From Octopus bimaculoides (lineage: Eukaryota), in the NCBI RefSeq assembly GCF_001194135.2, contig NC_068989.1:73486485-73550484 (forward strand): a stretch of DNA of 64,000 nucleotides, given 5' to 3'. Both the position numbers and the translations under genes were made by a program. Every line of letters starts with the position of its first letter. Within the stretch, counting starts at the first letter, position 1. The notes beneath the pieces are model-generated. The model saw nothing but the letters and a program-made list of their open reading frames with translations. It was not told where the DNA came from and did no database searches. Below, one piece after another: positions 11,713-23,428 of the stretch.

Positions 11713-13034
11713 GTATGTATGCACATACACACGTGTGTGTGTGTTGACAAAGATTTGGCATGTTCATTGGAGATATCTTGTAACATTTACACCCTTGAAG
11801 AGCTGTAACTCATTATGTAGGTGAACTTAGCTATTCTATAGGGGTATATGAAATGAGTACAAGACTCAGTACTAGGATCAGTATAATACATATGAAACCC
11901 TTGAAAGGTGTTATTCTAGCATGACCTTTGTCCAGTGACTGGAACCAGCAAATATTTTGGTTTCTTATTTCGGTATAAGGCCAGGAAACTAGTAGATATT
12001 AAAAATAAATGTTTATTTTACAATAATAATACACGATTTCATTACATCTCATATCCATGGTTGGATGATTTAGAATTATCTGTCTAATTCTCTGGTCACG
12101 CCCACCAATTACGTTACGATCCAATGATTGGATATGCATATGTACATATGTGCGTATATGTAAGATATATAAAAAAATATTGATATTGATTAATGAACTG
12201 TGTTATTACTTACTTGGAGCATAATAAAGATAACAGGATGAGAGGGGACACACACACACACACATTTGCGCAAAGCATTTTGGACAGAATGTTATGAGTG
12301 TTGTGAAAATTCTTAATCTCTTTCAATGCATTCAAGTAAATAAACCTACAGTATGAGTATGAGAGTGAAAGAGCGAGAGAGAGTGCATCATCGTCATCAT
12401 CATCATCATCACCTTTGCTTCAATGTCATCATCATCATCATTATTATTTTTATAACATCTCCCTTTCCATGCTTGTATGGAATGTGAAGGCGCATGGCTC
12501 AGTGGATAGAACGTCGGGCTCACAATCATGTGGTAGTGAGTTCAGTTTCTGGACTGGGCTGTGTGTTGTGTTCTTGAGCAACACCTTGTCCAAGGAATCA
12601 TACAGTGGGGCTGAACTCAGAATCATGTGGTTGGGAAGCAAGCTTCTTACCACTCAGCCAAGTGTGGATATATAAACACACACGATGGGATTCTTTCAGT
12701 TTCCATGTACCAAATCCCCAAATTCACTTACAAGAGACTTTGGTCATAAATTCTAGCTGTATCTCATTTAATATACTTTCTTTAGGAAAATTATAAGACT
12801 ATTTATGCTAGTATGTAATAAATAAACAGTTTAACACAACCATCATTTCTTGACTAATTCTTCTTCATTCTTTTTATTATTTATATTCTGTTCCATAAAC
12901 CACTAAGAACCTTTTTATTCCAATATATATATGGTTCCATGGAAGAATGAAAATGATAGATACTACTTGTATGACAAGGATGTTCATTTACAGCTATGTT
13001 GCAATATTAAGAAAAAGAAGCATACACATGCACT

Positions 13035-13065
<31 letters not shown>

Positions 13066-13109
13066 GGTGGTTGCCTACTCCTTATGTAGAGTCTGACCAC
13101 CGTCTGTAC

Positions 13110-13325
13110 CTACACCTTAGAACCATCGTGGCATCTGATGTGGATTTTGAAACCAGACAATGCAGTTAAGTTCTGATCTTTGTTGATCTTAAAATGTCTT
13201 TTGAGGCCTCCGTTAGATTTGTGAACCTTCTGGCATACATTGCATTGAAAGGTGTGCACAGACATATAGGCAGATTAGTTGGTGGAGGTTCGTTTTCCAT
13301 GGGTTCCCAAATGAGATTTGATTTC
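13110..13325 (-). pseudogene. Degraded C2H2 zinc-finger-coding fragment, probably a LINE ORF2 C-terminus
   Basis: My translation of the minus strand: EIKSHLGTHGKRTSTN*SAYMSVHTFQCNVCQKVHKSNGGLKRHFKINKDQNLTALSGFKIHIRCHDGSKV*. One CxxC...H finger (last His replaced by Asn) plus two HxxxH finger tails; no TGEKP linkers. Confidence 0.55.
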
Positions 13326-13946
13326 TTAACCACACAACCAAACTTGCATTTCTTTCAATAATGAGTGAGTGTATGTATGTATGTATGTATATAGGTTGTG
13401 TGTGTGTGTTTGTTGTGTGTGCGTTGGTGGCTGTGTGTGTGTGTGTATGTGTCTAGATGTATGTGTGCAATATGAATGAAGTTGTAAAGACAGTACGGTT
13501 TACCAAAGTTTAATCTGGCGAATTATCAAAATCCCACTGAAGACCAACTGTGAAAATATTGCTTATATAACATCCTGTACGGGTATGGTAGAAAAGAATA
13601 ACATAAAATAGCAGGAGCTCAATGGAAAAGAAGGTGAGGATCGGAAGAGTTTGGTATGGCATGAAATTAGACAGCTCAGAATATATAAAGGGATTACAGA
13701 AATAAAGATGAAATAACATAACTAAATTATAATGACACTGAACATACATGATAAAATACTGAATATACACCACGAAATATAATAAAATTGATTAATATAA
13801 CAGGTGTGTAAACATATATGCAAAGATATATAAATTACGTGTCAAATTGTTTGAAAATGCTAACTATGTGAAAGTAAGAGGAACATACTCTTCCGGGTTT
13901 TGCTGGAAACTGTTGATGAAGTGTCAGTCATCAGAATTAGATATGA

Positions 13947-14160
13947 TTCATCATCATCGTCATCATCGTTTAACGTCCGCTTTCCATGCTAACATGGGTT
14001 GGACAATTTGACTGAGGATTGGCTGCACAATTTGACCAGATGGCTACACCAGGTTCGAATCTGATCTAGCAGAGTTTCTACAGCTGGATGCCCTTCCTAA
14101 TGCCAACCACTCCGAGAGTGTAGTGGATGCTTTTATGTGCCACCGGCACGAGGGCCAGTC
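13947..14160 (-). mobile_element. RTE 3'-tail element
   Basis: CATCATCGTTTAACGTCCGCTTTCCATGCTAACATGGGTTGGAC...GGATGCCCTTCCTAATGCCAACCACTCCGAGAGTGTAGTG. Confidence 0.85.
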
Positions 14161-14287
14161 AGGTGTTTGACATATTATCATCGTCATCGTTTTAATGTTT
14201 GCTTTTCCATACTTACAAGTGAAATCGTAGTCATGGCCAATGCCAGTGTCGCATATCTGGCACCAGTGCAGGTGGCATGTAAAAAGC

Positions 14288-14600
14288 ATCCTTCAAACTT
14301 TGGGCCTCACTGAGGCAGTGACAAGTGACCGAGACCTTTGGCACTACACCATACTTGAGAAGACCTGTCAAGCCAAGTGAGATTGTAGTCATGGCTGATG
14401 CTGGTGTTTTGTAACTGGCATCTGTGCTGGTGGCACATAAAAAGCACCCGCTACACTCTTGGTGTGGTTGGCATTAGGAAGGGCTGTAGAAACATGCCAA
14501 ATCAAACTGGAACCTGGTGCAGCTGCTCAGCTTACCAGTTTTCTGTCAAACTGTCCAACCCATGCTAGCATGGAAAATGGATGTTAAATGATGATGATGA
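14288..14600 (+). mobile_element. RTE-clade LINE 3' end
   Basis: Encodes LQTLGLTEAVTSDRDLWHYTILEKTCQAK*, then the 3'UTR and (ATG)n tail. Confidence 0.8.
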
Positions 14601-15803
14601 GGAGGAGGAGGAGGACGGCGACGATGTATGTATGTATGTATGTATCAGATGATGGTACATTGGGGCAGTTTCTATGGTTGGATGTGCTTCCTCATGCCAA
14701 ACTTTATTTGTTTGCAAGTGAGATGATAATTTCCTTATCTATCAGACAACAAACAGCCCGGGATGTTGGTTACATGGAGAGATGGAAGTAAATGATGGCC
14801 TTTTGTTTACAGTCAGTGAAAACACACAAAGATAACAGAAAATGTGAATTCAATCACACAAACACACACACACACACACAGACATATGATAGTGTTCTTT
14901 CAGTTTCTGTGTACCAAATCCACTCACAATTCTTTGGTCAGCCTGGGACTGTAGTAGAAGAGTAGCACTGTATGCCCAAGGTGACATGCAATGAGACTGA
15001 TCCCAATACCACATGGCTGTGATGCAAACCTGTTAACCACACAGCCATTTCTGCATCTATATACACACACACACATACACACACACACACACTGACCAAC
15101 AGTCATACTATAATTGACCCTAGTTTATTTAGCTTGAAACTAGCTATGCAAGCACATTTCATTTATTAATAATCCTCCCTATTATAGGCACAAGACTGAA
15201 ATTTTAGGGGATGGTTTAAGTCGATTATATTGACCCCAGTACTTGATTAGTACTTATTTTATCAACTCCAAAAGGATGAAAGGCAAAGTTGACCTTGAAC
15301 TCAATGTAAAGATGATGAAATACCACTAAGTATTCTATCCGTTCTGCTAACGATTCTGCCAGCTCACCGCCATTTTTCATTTCTTAATAATATAATTTGT
15401 TTGATTTCAGTTATAAAACAAGTTGGTTCAAAGCCAATACACTGTTTCAGAATGGCTAGATGTAGATCATGGGCAGTTAAATTTAAGGTTTATATTCAAA
15501 GCTTACGATATTCTAAGTGGAATATGAGAAGTTAAATCTTGAATAATATGTCCAAATCTTAACAAGTATTTCAGTCAAATGAATTATACCTCAGTGTATT
15601 CATATTTCCAAGAAGATATATAATATTATGAAATGAAATTGAATGCTGAACATAATGTTATGAAACAGGTGTAATTTGACCTCCTATTGCATTGTTGCTT
15701 ATTACATTTAGTTTATCATGCATTGTGAAACAAGGAAAGTTAGGTTTGAAAGTATATTTAATGAGTTTAACTCATACATATGATGTAAGTTCAAAAGCAT
15801 CAT

Positions 15804-15850
15804 ATTAAATTAATACAAATTAAATTAATACAAATTAAATTAATACAAAT
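15804..15850. repeat. 15-bp tandem repeat (ATTAAATTAATACAA) x3
   Basis: Three exact units seen directly. Confidence 0.9.
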
Positions 15851-16835
15851 CTGCTTTACTTTAAAATTTGAAGTCAAGAACTATTTTTTTTGTAAAGAAA
15901 AGAAAATCTATCTGAAACAAGGGTGTCAATAATTAAATTTATTCAAGTGTTCAAAGTTTTGGTTTGCAATATAATAGAATTAATTATATGCTTGTAAATG
16001 TGTGTTTTTAAGATAAGAAAATGATATATTGCATTAAATAACGAGAAGATGAACTGATGTTAAAAATTAGATAAGAAATAGAAATTGAAAATATCAAAGA
16101 TCTGTATATTATATTAAAAAGGGTATCTAATTTATTATGAAAGTTCCATATATTTCAATTTAGATAAATAAGACAGATTGCATATGTCAAATATTCTTCA
16201 CAACTGCAACAGTTCATATATTAAATAATTGACTTCACATATTATGATACAAATCTACTTTTGTGGGGTGAGGACACCATGAGTTAAAACACTCTCTTAG
16301 GCAGTTTTATATTTTTTGCTATCTTACAAATGGTTTACAAATGATTTTTAGTGCAGACAACCCCTTATGTATGCAGCTAGAGATTGGTTCTTTTGAGGAA
16401 AGCAAGATCTTATATACGTCAGAAAAACAGGATGAATAACATTTGTTTGGAAAGCGGACGTTAAACGATGATGATGATAATGATGATGTTTCTATGGTTT
16501 GAGGTAACGAATCAATTTCCATTCAATGTTACTGCCTGCTTTTTTTTCTCTTTAAGGGATCATATATATTTCAGACAAGTTAATGTCTTTACTTATGAGC
16601 AGGTATCAGAATGTGTTCTTTGCATACATTCTGAATGGGTGTATTGGTTAATCCTATAAAAATATCTTGATGTAGTCTTGTATTAACTATTGTGCTATAA
16701 ACAGTACCTTTGAAAATTCAACTATAATCAAGTGAATATTGAGTCAGATGCATGCAGTTGCAAAGATGTACATATTGGATGAATTATAGAGTTTGGTTTA
16801 AGCTCATAATTTATAAGAACTGTGAAAAATTTGGT

Positions 16836-17255
16836 ATCATCATCATCATCATCATCATCGTTTAACGTCCGCTTTCCATGCTAGCATGGGTTGGACGATT
16901 TGACTGAGGACTGGTGAAACCGGATGGCAACACCAGGCTCCAGTCTGATTTGGCAGAGTTTCTACAGCTGGATGCCCTTCCTAACGCCAACCACTCAGAG
17001 AGTGTAGTGGGTGCTTTTACGTGTCACCCGCACGAAAACGGCCACGCTCGAAATGGTGTCTTTTATGTGCCACCTGCACAAGCCAGTCCAGGGGCGCTGG
17101 CAACGATCTCGCTCGAAAATCCTACAGGAGCCAGTCAGGCGGTACTGGCAACGGCCACGCTCAAAATGGTGCATCTCATGTGCCACCCGCACAAGAACCA
17201 GTCCAGGGGCACTGGCAACGATCTTACTTGGCTTGCCGGGTCTTCTCACGCACAG
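16836..17255 (-). mobile_element. RTE 3'-tail element with repeated 3'UTR modules (CpG-rich, apparently young)
   Basis: (CAT)n tail, consensus-like terminal about 170 bp, then GGTG...GTGCCACC(C/T)GCAC modules at 17010, 17055 and 17168. Confidence 0.85.
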
Positions 17256-18378
17256 CACAAAAAAAACTTTTATAATGTTCTTATTTATTAAAAATTTTAT
17301 AATATGTGCAGCTGGGTGGATCAGTATTTTTTGGAGCAGTTGAAAGAATATTTTGAATATAAATGTGGAAACGTTTTGATTAAAAGGAGTGTTATACCAA
17401 GGTGGTGGTTCTTTTCATTTTTGGTTTTAATGTGAGTTTCTGAGTTATTTTTTCTCTTATGTAGCTAATGCTTTCAGGAATCAACTGTGTAATAGTGTCT
17501 TATTGGTAATATTCCTAAGCATCATTGAATGCTGCTTTGTTGGATGACAAGCTGGATATGCAAAGTGAGATGTTTTTTGACCAGGTTACACAAAACATTA
17601 TTGGGGAGTCAATGTATGTTGTGCATAATATATCTGATTTTCTGCATGTTACAGAATTGTGAATTTTGTAAATTGAACACTTCATCAAGATATTTCAATA
17701 TCATAATGTTAGATTCAGTTGTTATTCAGTTGAGCTAAGCAAAATAACATACGAAAGTCCTTCCTGAATCTCTTAATATTGTGTTTATGTATCTTTCTAA
17801 GTATAGCAAAACTGTTTGCACTGTATAAATTTCCGAGAACATGTGAGAACTTGGCATGTAAGCAAGTAAAGTTACTTTGTTTCACAATGTTGCTCCCATG
17901 CCTGTAGCAAATGGAATGTTTGAATGTTTCTTAATTCATATACAATTGTCAAAGAATAATGCTTGCCCTGACTTGTAGAGTTATATTGATTTCAGAATTA
18001 GTGATGGGTGAAAAGGTTTTTATGAAAGAACGAATATATCATACAAGCATATGTATTAAACAGCCTTAATTCAGGACAAACTTATGTCTCAGTGACATAT
18101 GATATAATATGATATAATAAATATGATATATATTATACGTAACCACAAATGCATAACAGGTTATATTATATATTACTTGCATACACACATATACATGCAC
18201 TCATACACATGTATGTAATACAAATAACTATTAGAAAATGGTTGTTTTTGGCTGCAGATTATCTCATATGATTCTCTTTGAGGAATTTCATCTCTTATAA
18301 CTGCATCTTATATATCTTGAATATGTTGTATAAATGCATATGTCTTTTATATATATATGTGTGTGTGTGTGTAGATAC

Positions 18379-19460
18379 CATCATCATCGTTTAATGTCCG
18401 TTTTCTATGCTGGCATGGGTTTGACGGTTTGACTGGGGACTGGCAAGCCAGGAGGCCACACCAGGCTCAAATCTGATCTGGAAATGTTTCTACAGCTGGA
18501 TGCCTTTCCTAATGCCAACCACTCAGGCAGCACTGGCATCGGCCACGTCTGGATGGTGCTTTTTATGTGCCACTGGCACAAGTACCAGTCAGGGCAGGAA
18601 ATCTGGCATCGATCATGTTTGGATGGTGGTTTTTACATGCTACCTGCATGTGCTTTTAACATTCCACCTGGGGAGCCAATCAGGCGGCTCTGACAGTGAC
18701 CCACACATGAATGGTTGCTTATTGCATGCCATCAGCACTGGTAATGGCCACAACTACAATTTCCATTTGATTGTGATTTGATTTGATTTTGATTTACTTG
18801 ACTCTATAGGTCTCCTCAAGCGCAGCATTTCACCCAACAATTCAAAGGCTGGTTATGTGACACTGGTGTAGGCTTCAGCTGTGATCTCACTTTCCTTGCC
18901 AGCTCTTCTCAATCACAGCATATCTCCAGAGGTCTCGGTCTTTTGTCATTGCCTCTGTGAGGCCCAGTGTTCAAAGGTCATGCTTCACCACCTCATCCCA
19001 GATCTTCCTGGGTCTCCCTCTTTCACGGGTTCCCCACACTGTTAAGGAGTGATACTTCTTTACACAGCTCTCCTCATCCATACGTAACACATGACCATAC
19101 CAGTGCAATCGTCCCTCTTGCACACCACATCCAATGCTTCTTATGTCCAACATCTCTCTCAGGGAACTTACACTTTGTCGTGTGTGCACACTGACATTAC
19201 ACATCCAGCGGATCATACTAGCATCATTTCTTTTAAGCCTACACATATCTTTAGCAGTCATGGCTCATATTTCACTACTGTGTAGCATGGCAGTTCGCAC
19301 ACATGCATCGTATGATCTACTTTTCACTCTGAGCGAGAGGCCCTTTGTCACCAGTAATGGTAGGAGCTTTCTGAACTTTGCCCAGGCTATTCTTATTCTA
19401 GTGGCAATGCTCTCTGAGCATCCACCCCCACTACAGACTTGGCCACCTAGGTAGCGGAAG

Positions 19461-19462
<2 letters not shown>
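18379..19462 (-). mobile_element. 5'-truncated RTE-clade LINE: ORF2 C-terminal about 180 codons, 3'UTR and tail
   Basis: Single frame SFRYLGGQVCSGGGCSESIATRIRIAWAKFRKLLPLLVTKGLSLRVKSRSYDACVRTAMLHSSEI*AMTAKDMCRLKRNDASMIRWMCNV...RLHWYGHVLRMDEE...RERGRPRKIWDEVVKHDL*. YLG, AWAKF, L-WYGHV-RM and GRPRK-W are typical RTE post-RT motifs. Includes track ORF 18971..19261. Confidence 0.9.
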
Positions 19463-19517
<55 letters not shown>

Positions 19518-20047
19518 GGTTGTGCTCCAGCATGACTGCAGCTTTAAAGTTGAAACAAAATATAAAGAGTTATATATATGAAAATACCTTTTTTTTTTGG
19601 TTTGATAAGATCTTTGTTATTTATATCTGTTCTAGAAATGTCTCTTCTTCATTGTCTGAAATAATCATTTGTGATTCTGTTAAATCTTGAAGGTCTTCAT
19701 ATGTGACAGGTCTCATCACTTTGCAATAAATTCTGGATATCAATCAAACATTCGATCATCTCCTTCAAGTATATCCTCCTCCTCATCGTCATCATCATCA
19801 GCAGCACTACTATCATTCCAATGTACACTTTTCTATGCTTACATGGATCAGGTAGAATTTGTTGATGCAGATTTTTCTGAGGGCAAAACAATCTTCCTGC
19901 CATTATGCTTCAGTTGTTCCCAAGCAACATAATATTTCTCCATGACTGGATATGATTTTATGGATGAATGGATGCAAGTGATACTGTTTGTAAGATGGTC
20001 TGTCTGTTTGTCAGAGAGAGAGAAGGAGAGAGAGCTATATATATTCT

Positions 20048-20276
20048 TTAACCCTTTGGCATTAAGATTATTCCGTCAAGTGTAAGGCTTTTTTATTCAC
20101 ATTTAAAAAAATTAATTATGCATTATCTTATAGCTTTGAGGTTTCAATGATGTGATTGTTTCTTCTTCAGAATGACATTGTAGGGTAGGTGTGAGATATC
20201 AGATCTGGCCAATTTAAACATAAATCAGGTAGAATATTTGGGCCAGATGTGGCCTGTTTAAATATCAAAGGGTTAA
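20048..20276 (+). mobile_element. TTAA-flanked piggyBac-like MITE, copy 2
   Basis: TTAA-CCCTTTG...CAAAGGG-TTAA. Confidence 0.8.
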
Positions 20277-20419
20277 TTACCTATTAAAGTGTTACCCACA
20301 AAACACCTTAGAGTATGTTTAGTTCCTCTGAAGGAACTAAAGTTCCTCTGAAGGAATTTGTTTTTGTTTTGTTTTTTTGCTGCATATTTACTATAAATTT
20401 ACATTGTACTCTTTCTCTT

Positions 20420-20461
<42 letters not shown>

Positions 20462-20581
20462 TCTCTCATACACACACACATACACAAACACATGTGTTCA
20501 CCTGCTAATGAGTTACCCAGGAAATACTTTAGGTTACACTGACTTGTTCCTCGTTCTTTCACAGTTATGTTACTCCCTTTC

Positions 20582-20623
<42 letters not shown>

Positions 20624-20924
20624 ACTCTGTGCCACATACTTACCATGTCTTCCATTCTGTTGCCACACACACACACACACACATACACACATTATAAATG
20701 AACCATAGTTTGAAGCATCTTCATTAGTCGGTAATGTGTTATTATGTGTTATTTATCATCCATTAATTTCTGCTTGTATTTTTCTGTCTTCCAGGGAATA
20801 CCATTAGTAATCTTGTGATGATAATCCCACCCGTGTTTCTGGCTGTATTGGCATTGAGACAGAAACTCGAGATGAGGTTGCTGATGTGTAACATTAGTCT
20901 GCTAAGTAAGTAAATTATTTCTTT

Positions 20925-21725
20925 TATCTTTGTATCTGTTTCTTCTTTCACTCTTTATATTTCATTTTAACTTTTTTTTATTACCCTTTCATTTTTACCT
21001 CATGTCTCTTACCCAATGTCTCTTAAATTTACCTTGCTACTTTTTAACCTCTTACTTTCACCCTCTTTATTTTTTCCATCTCTCTTACTCTGTCACTTTT
21101 ACCCAATGCTTTTTACCCCTTCACTTTATACCCTTTCTCTTTTATCTCCTCTCTTTTACTCTATCATTTTTACTTTTCTCTTTTACTCTATCACTGTTCC
21201 CATTTCTTTTATTCTTTTTCCATTTCTCTTTTAACTTTTTTTTTACTCTATTTTCTTCGCACTTTCTCTTTTACTTAACTTGTTTTTTTTTATTTTATTC
21301 ACTTTTATTCTGTACCATCTGTTCTATCTCTTTTACTCTACCAATTCTTCATAGCCTTCTTTTTCTTCTCTCCGTCTGATTTATTCTCATTTTGTTTTTC
21401 CTATCTTTTCTACCCCGTCTCTTTTATGCTACCATTTTTAACTCTTTCTCCTTACTCTTTCTATTTTTTCTATTTTACCTTATCTCTTTTATCTATCTGT
21501 TCTATTCTTTCTTTTGATTCTATCTCCTTAGTTCTATCACTTCCTATTCTATTCCTCTTACTCTATCATTTTTAGCTCTTTCGCATTTGCTGTCTCTTTT
21601 CTTCTATTTTATTCTATCACTTTTACTCTTTACCACTTTCACTTTCCTCCTTAATCTAGTAATCTTAACTCTTCTATCACATTTTATTCTCATATATGTT
21701 CCCTGTTGCTTTTTTATCTTTTCTT
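20925..21725 (+). repeat. About 800-bp pyrimidine-rich (T/C) low-complexity tract
   Basis: Very few G on the + strand; recurrent TTTTACTCT/CTATC motifs. It produces the Phe/Leu/Ser-rich spurious ORFs. Confidence 0.85.
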
Positions 21726-22262
21726 TCAGGAAAATTGTGAAGGTTGATTTTATCATATATATATATATATTTATAAACAAAATTAAGGGTTCAGCAACAG
21801 GTTGCTTCACCACATACCAAAGTTATGTAATATATATATATATATATATATATATAACATGAAATACATAGATGTCCTTCAGCTAACTAGAACTCAGTGA
21901 TGTTCTTTGTTTTTAGGCTAGACAGTATATTCTACCTATAGTCAAACTAACTTAGCAATATATACTACACCAACCGCATATAATTGACTCTTCTTATATC
22001 AGTCACTGATCAATATCAGAAGCAACTGTTAAGTTAGTGCTATAACATACTTAATGTAATGAGCACCGAAAATCTAATTGGAAATGATTACGTGGTGAGG
22101 AAAAGATAGCATTAAATCATCATTGTTGTCATCGTCATCATCATTATCATCATCATTATTTCATATTTGTTGGTAAGCGTTGGACACTCAGCAATGCATG
22201 TAGACTTCATCTTACTGAGGTATTGATGAGAGGATCAGAGTAAATTTACAATCTTGTACGGT

Positions 22263-22425
22263 AGGCACAGGAATGGCTGTGTGGTAAGTAGCTTGCTTAC
22301 GAACCACATGGTTCCAGGTTCAGTCCCACTGCGTGGCACCTTGGGCAAGTGTCTTCTACTTTAGCCTCGGGCTGACCAAAGCCTTGTGAGTGGATTTGGT
22401 AGACGGAAACTCAAAGAAGCCCGTC

Positions 22426-22477
<52 letters not shown>

Positions 22478-22706
22478 GTGTGTGTGTTTGTGTGTCTGTG
22501 TTTGTCCCCCTAGCATTGCTTGACAACCGATGCTGGTGTGTTTATGTCCCCGTAACTTAGTGGTTCGGCAAAAGAGACCGATAGAATAAGTACTAGGCTT
22601 ACAAAGAATAAGTCCCAGTGTCGATTTGCTCGACTAAAGGCGGTGCTCCAGCATGGCTGCAGTCAAATGACTGAAACAAATAAAAGAGTAAAAGGGTAAA
22701 AGAGTA
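22263..22706 (+). mobile_element. Full-length SINE family A: tRNA-like head, CORE-like segment, internal (TA)n(TG)n, 3' body, (AAAGAGT)n-like tail
   Basis: A-box-like TGGCTGTGTGG, B-box-like GGTTCAGTCCC and CORE-like CACCTTGGGCAAGTG. About 20 full or partial copies lie in the window. Confidence 0.9.
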
Positions 22707-23042
22707 GTTTGCATTGAAAATTAGTATATGTTAGAATATAAAGTACTCTGAGGCATTCTTTGCATAAAAAATAACAGTCAAGTTTATTGACCCCTAAAAA
22801 GGATGAAAGGTGAAGTTGACCTTAGTGGAATTTGAACTCATTATGCAAAGGGTCAAAAGAAACGCTGTGAAATATTTTGTCTGACAAGCTAACGATTGTG
22901 CCAGCTTGTAACCATAAGGTTTTAATCTATAACAATTTTTGTATGAGCCAATGAGGAAGTCTACATATTTACTCAAACTGCTAGAGAAAGCAATCAAATA
23001 ACACTCATATCATTTTAGAAAAGGAAGGACACATTGGAAAAA

Positions 23043-23428
23043 TTGTTGTTGGCACTCTGTCGCTTACGACGTCGAGGGTTCCAGTTGATGCGATCAACGG
23101 AACAGCCTGCTCGTGAAATTAACGTGCAAGTGGCTGAGCACTCCACAGACATGTGTACCCTTAACGTAGTTCTCGGAGATATTCAGCGTGACACAGTGTG
23201 ACAAGGCTGTCCCTTTGACATACAGGTACAACAGAAACAGGAAGTAAGAGTGAGAGAAAGTTGCGGTGGAAGAGTACAGCAGGGTTCGCCACCATCCCCT
23301 GCCGAAGCCTCATGGAGCTTTAGGTGTTTTTGCTCAATAAACCCTCACAACGCCCGGTCTGGGAATCGAAACCGCGATCATATGTCTGCGAGTCCGCTGC
23401 CCTAACCACTGGGCCATTGCGCCTCCAC
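23043..23428 (-). mobile_element. Full-length SINE family B with (CAA)n tail
   Basis: Very similar over about 385 bp to 40766-41150; tRNA-like head at the right end. Confidence 0.9.

Noticed and set aside
13500-13760. Weak resemblance (NCENIAYITSCTG) to a Penelope GIY-YIG endonuclease start
   Set aside because: The following motifs are absent and stops intervene; too weak without a profile search.
16914-17343. Cluster of overlapping 84-125 aa ORFs
   Set aside because: Entirely within a GC-richer RTE 3'UTR repeat; open in several frames, with no protein signature.
20930-21862. Hydrophobic Phe/Leu/Ser-rich ORFs resembling membrane proteins
   Set aside because: A direct consequence of the polypyrimidine tract; no domain or exon structure.
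23341-23428. tRNA-like sequences (also SINE A/I/K heads and 57320-57390)
   Set aside because: A/B boxes are present, but I could not build a complete cloverleaf and each continues into a multi-copy SINE body, so these are SINE heads, not tRNA genes.
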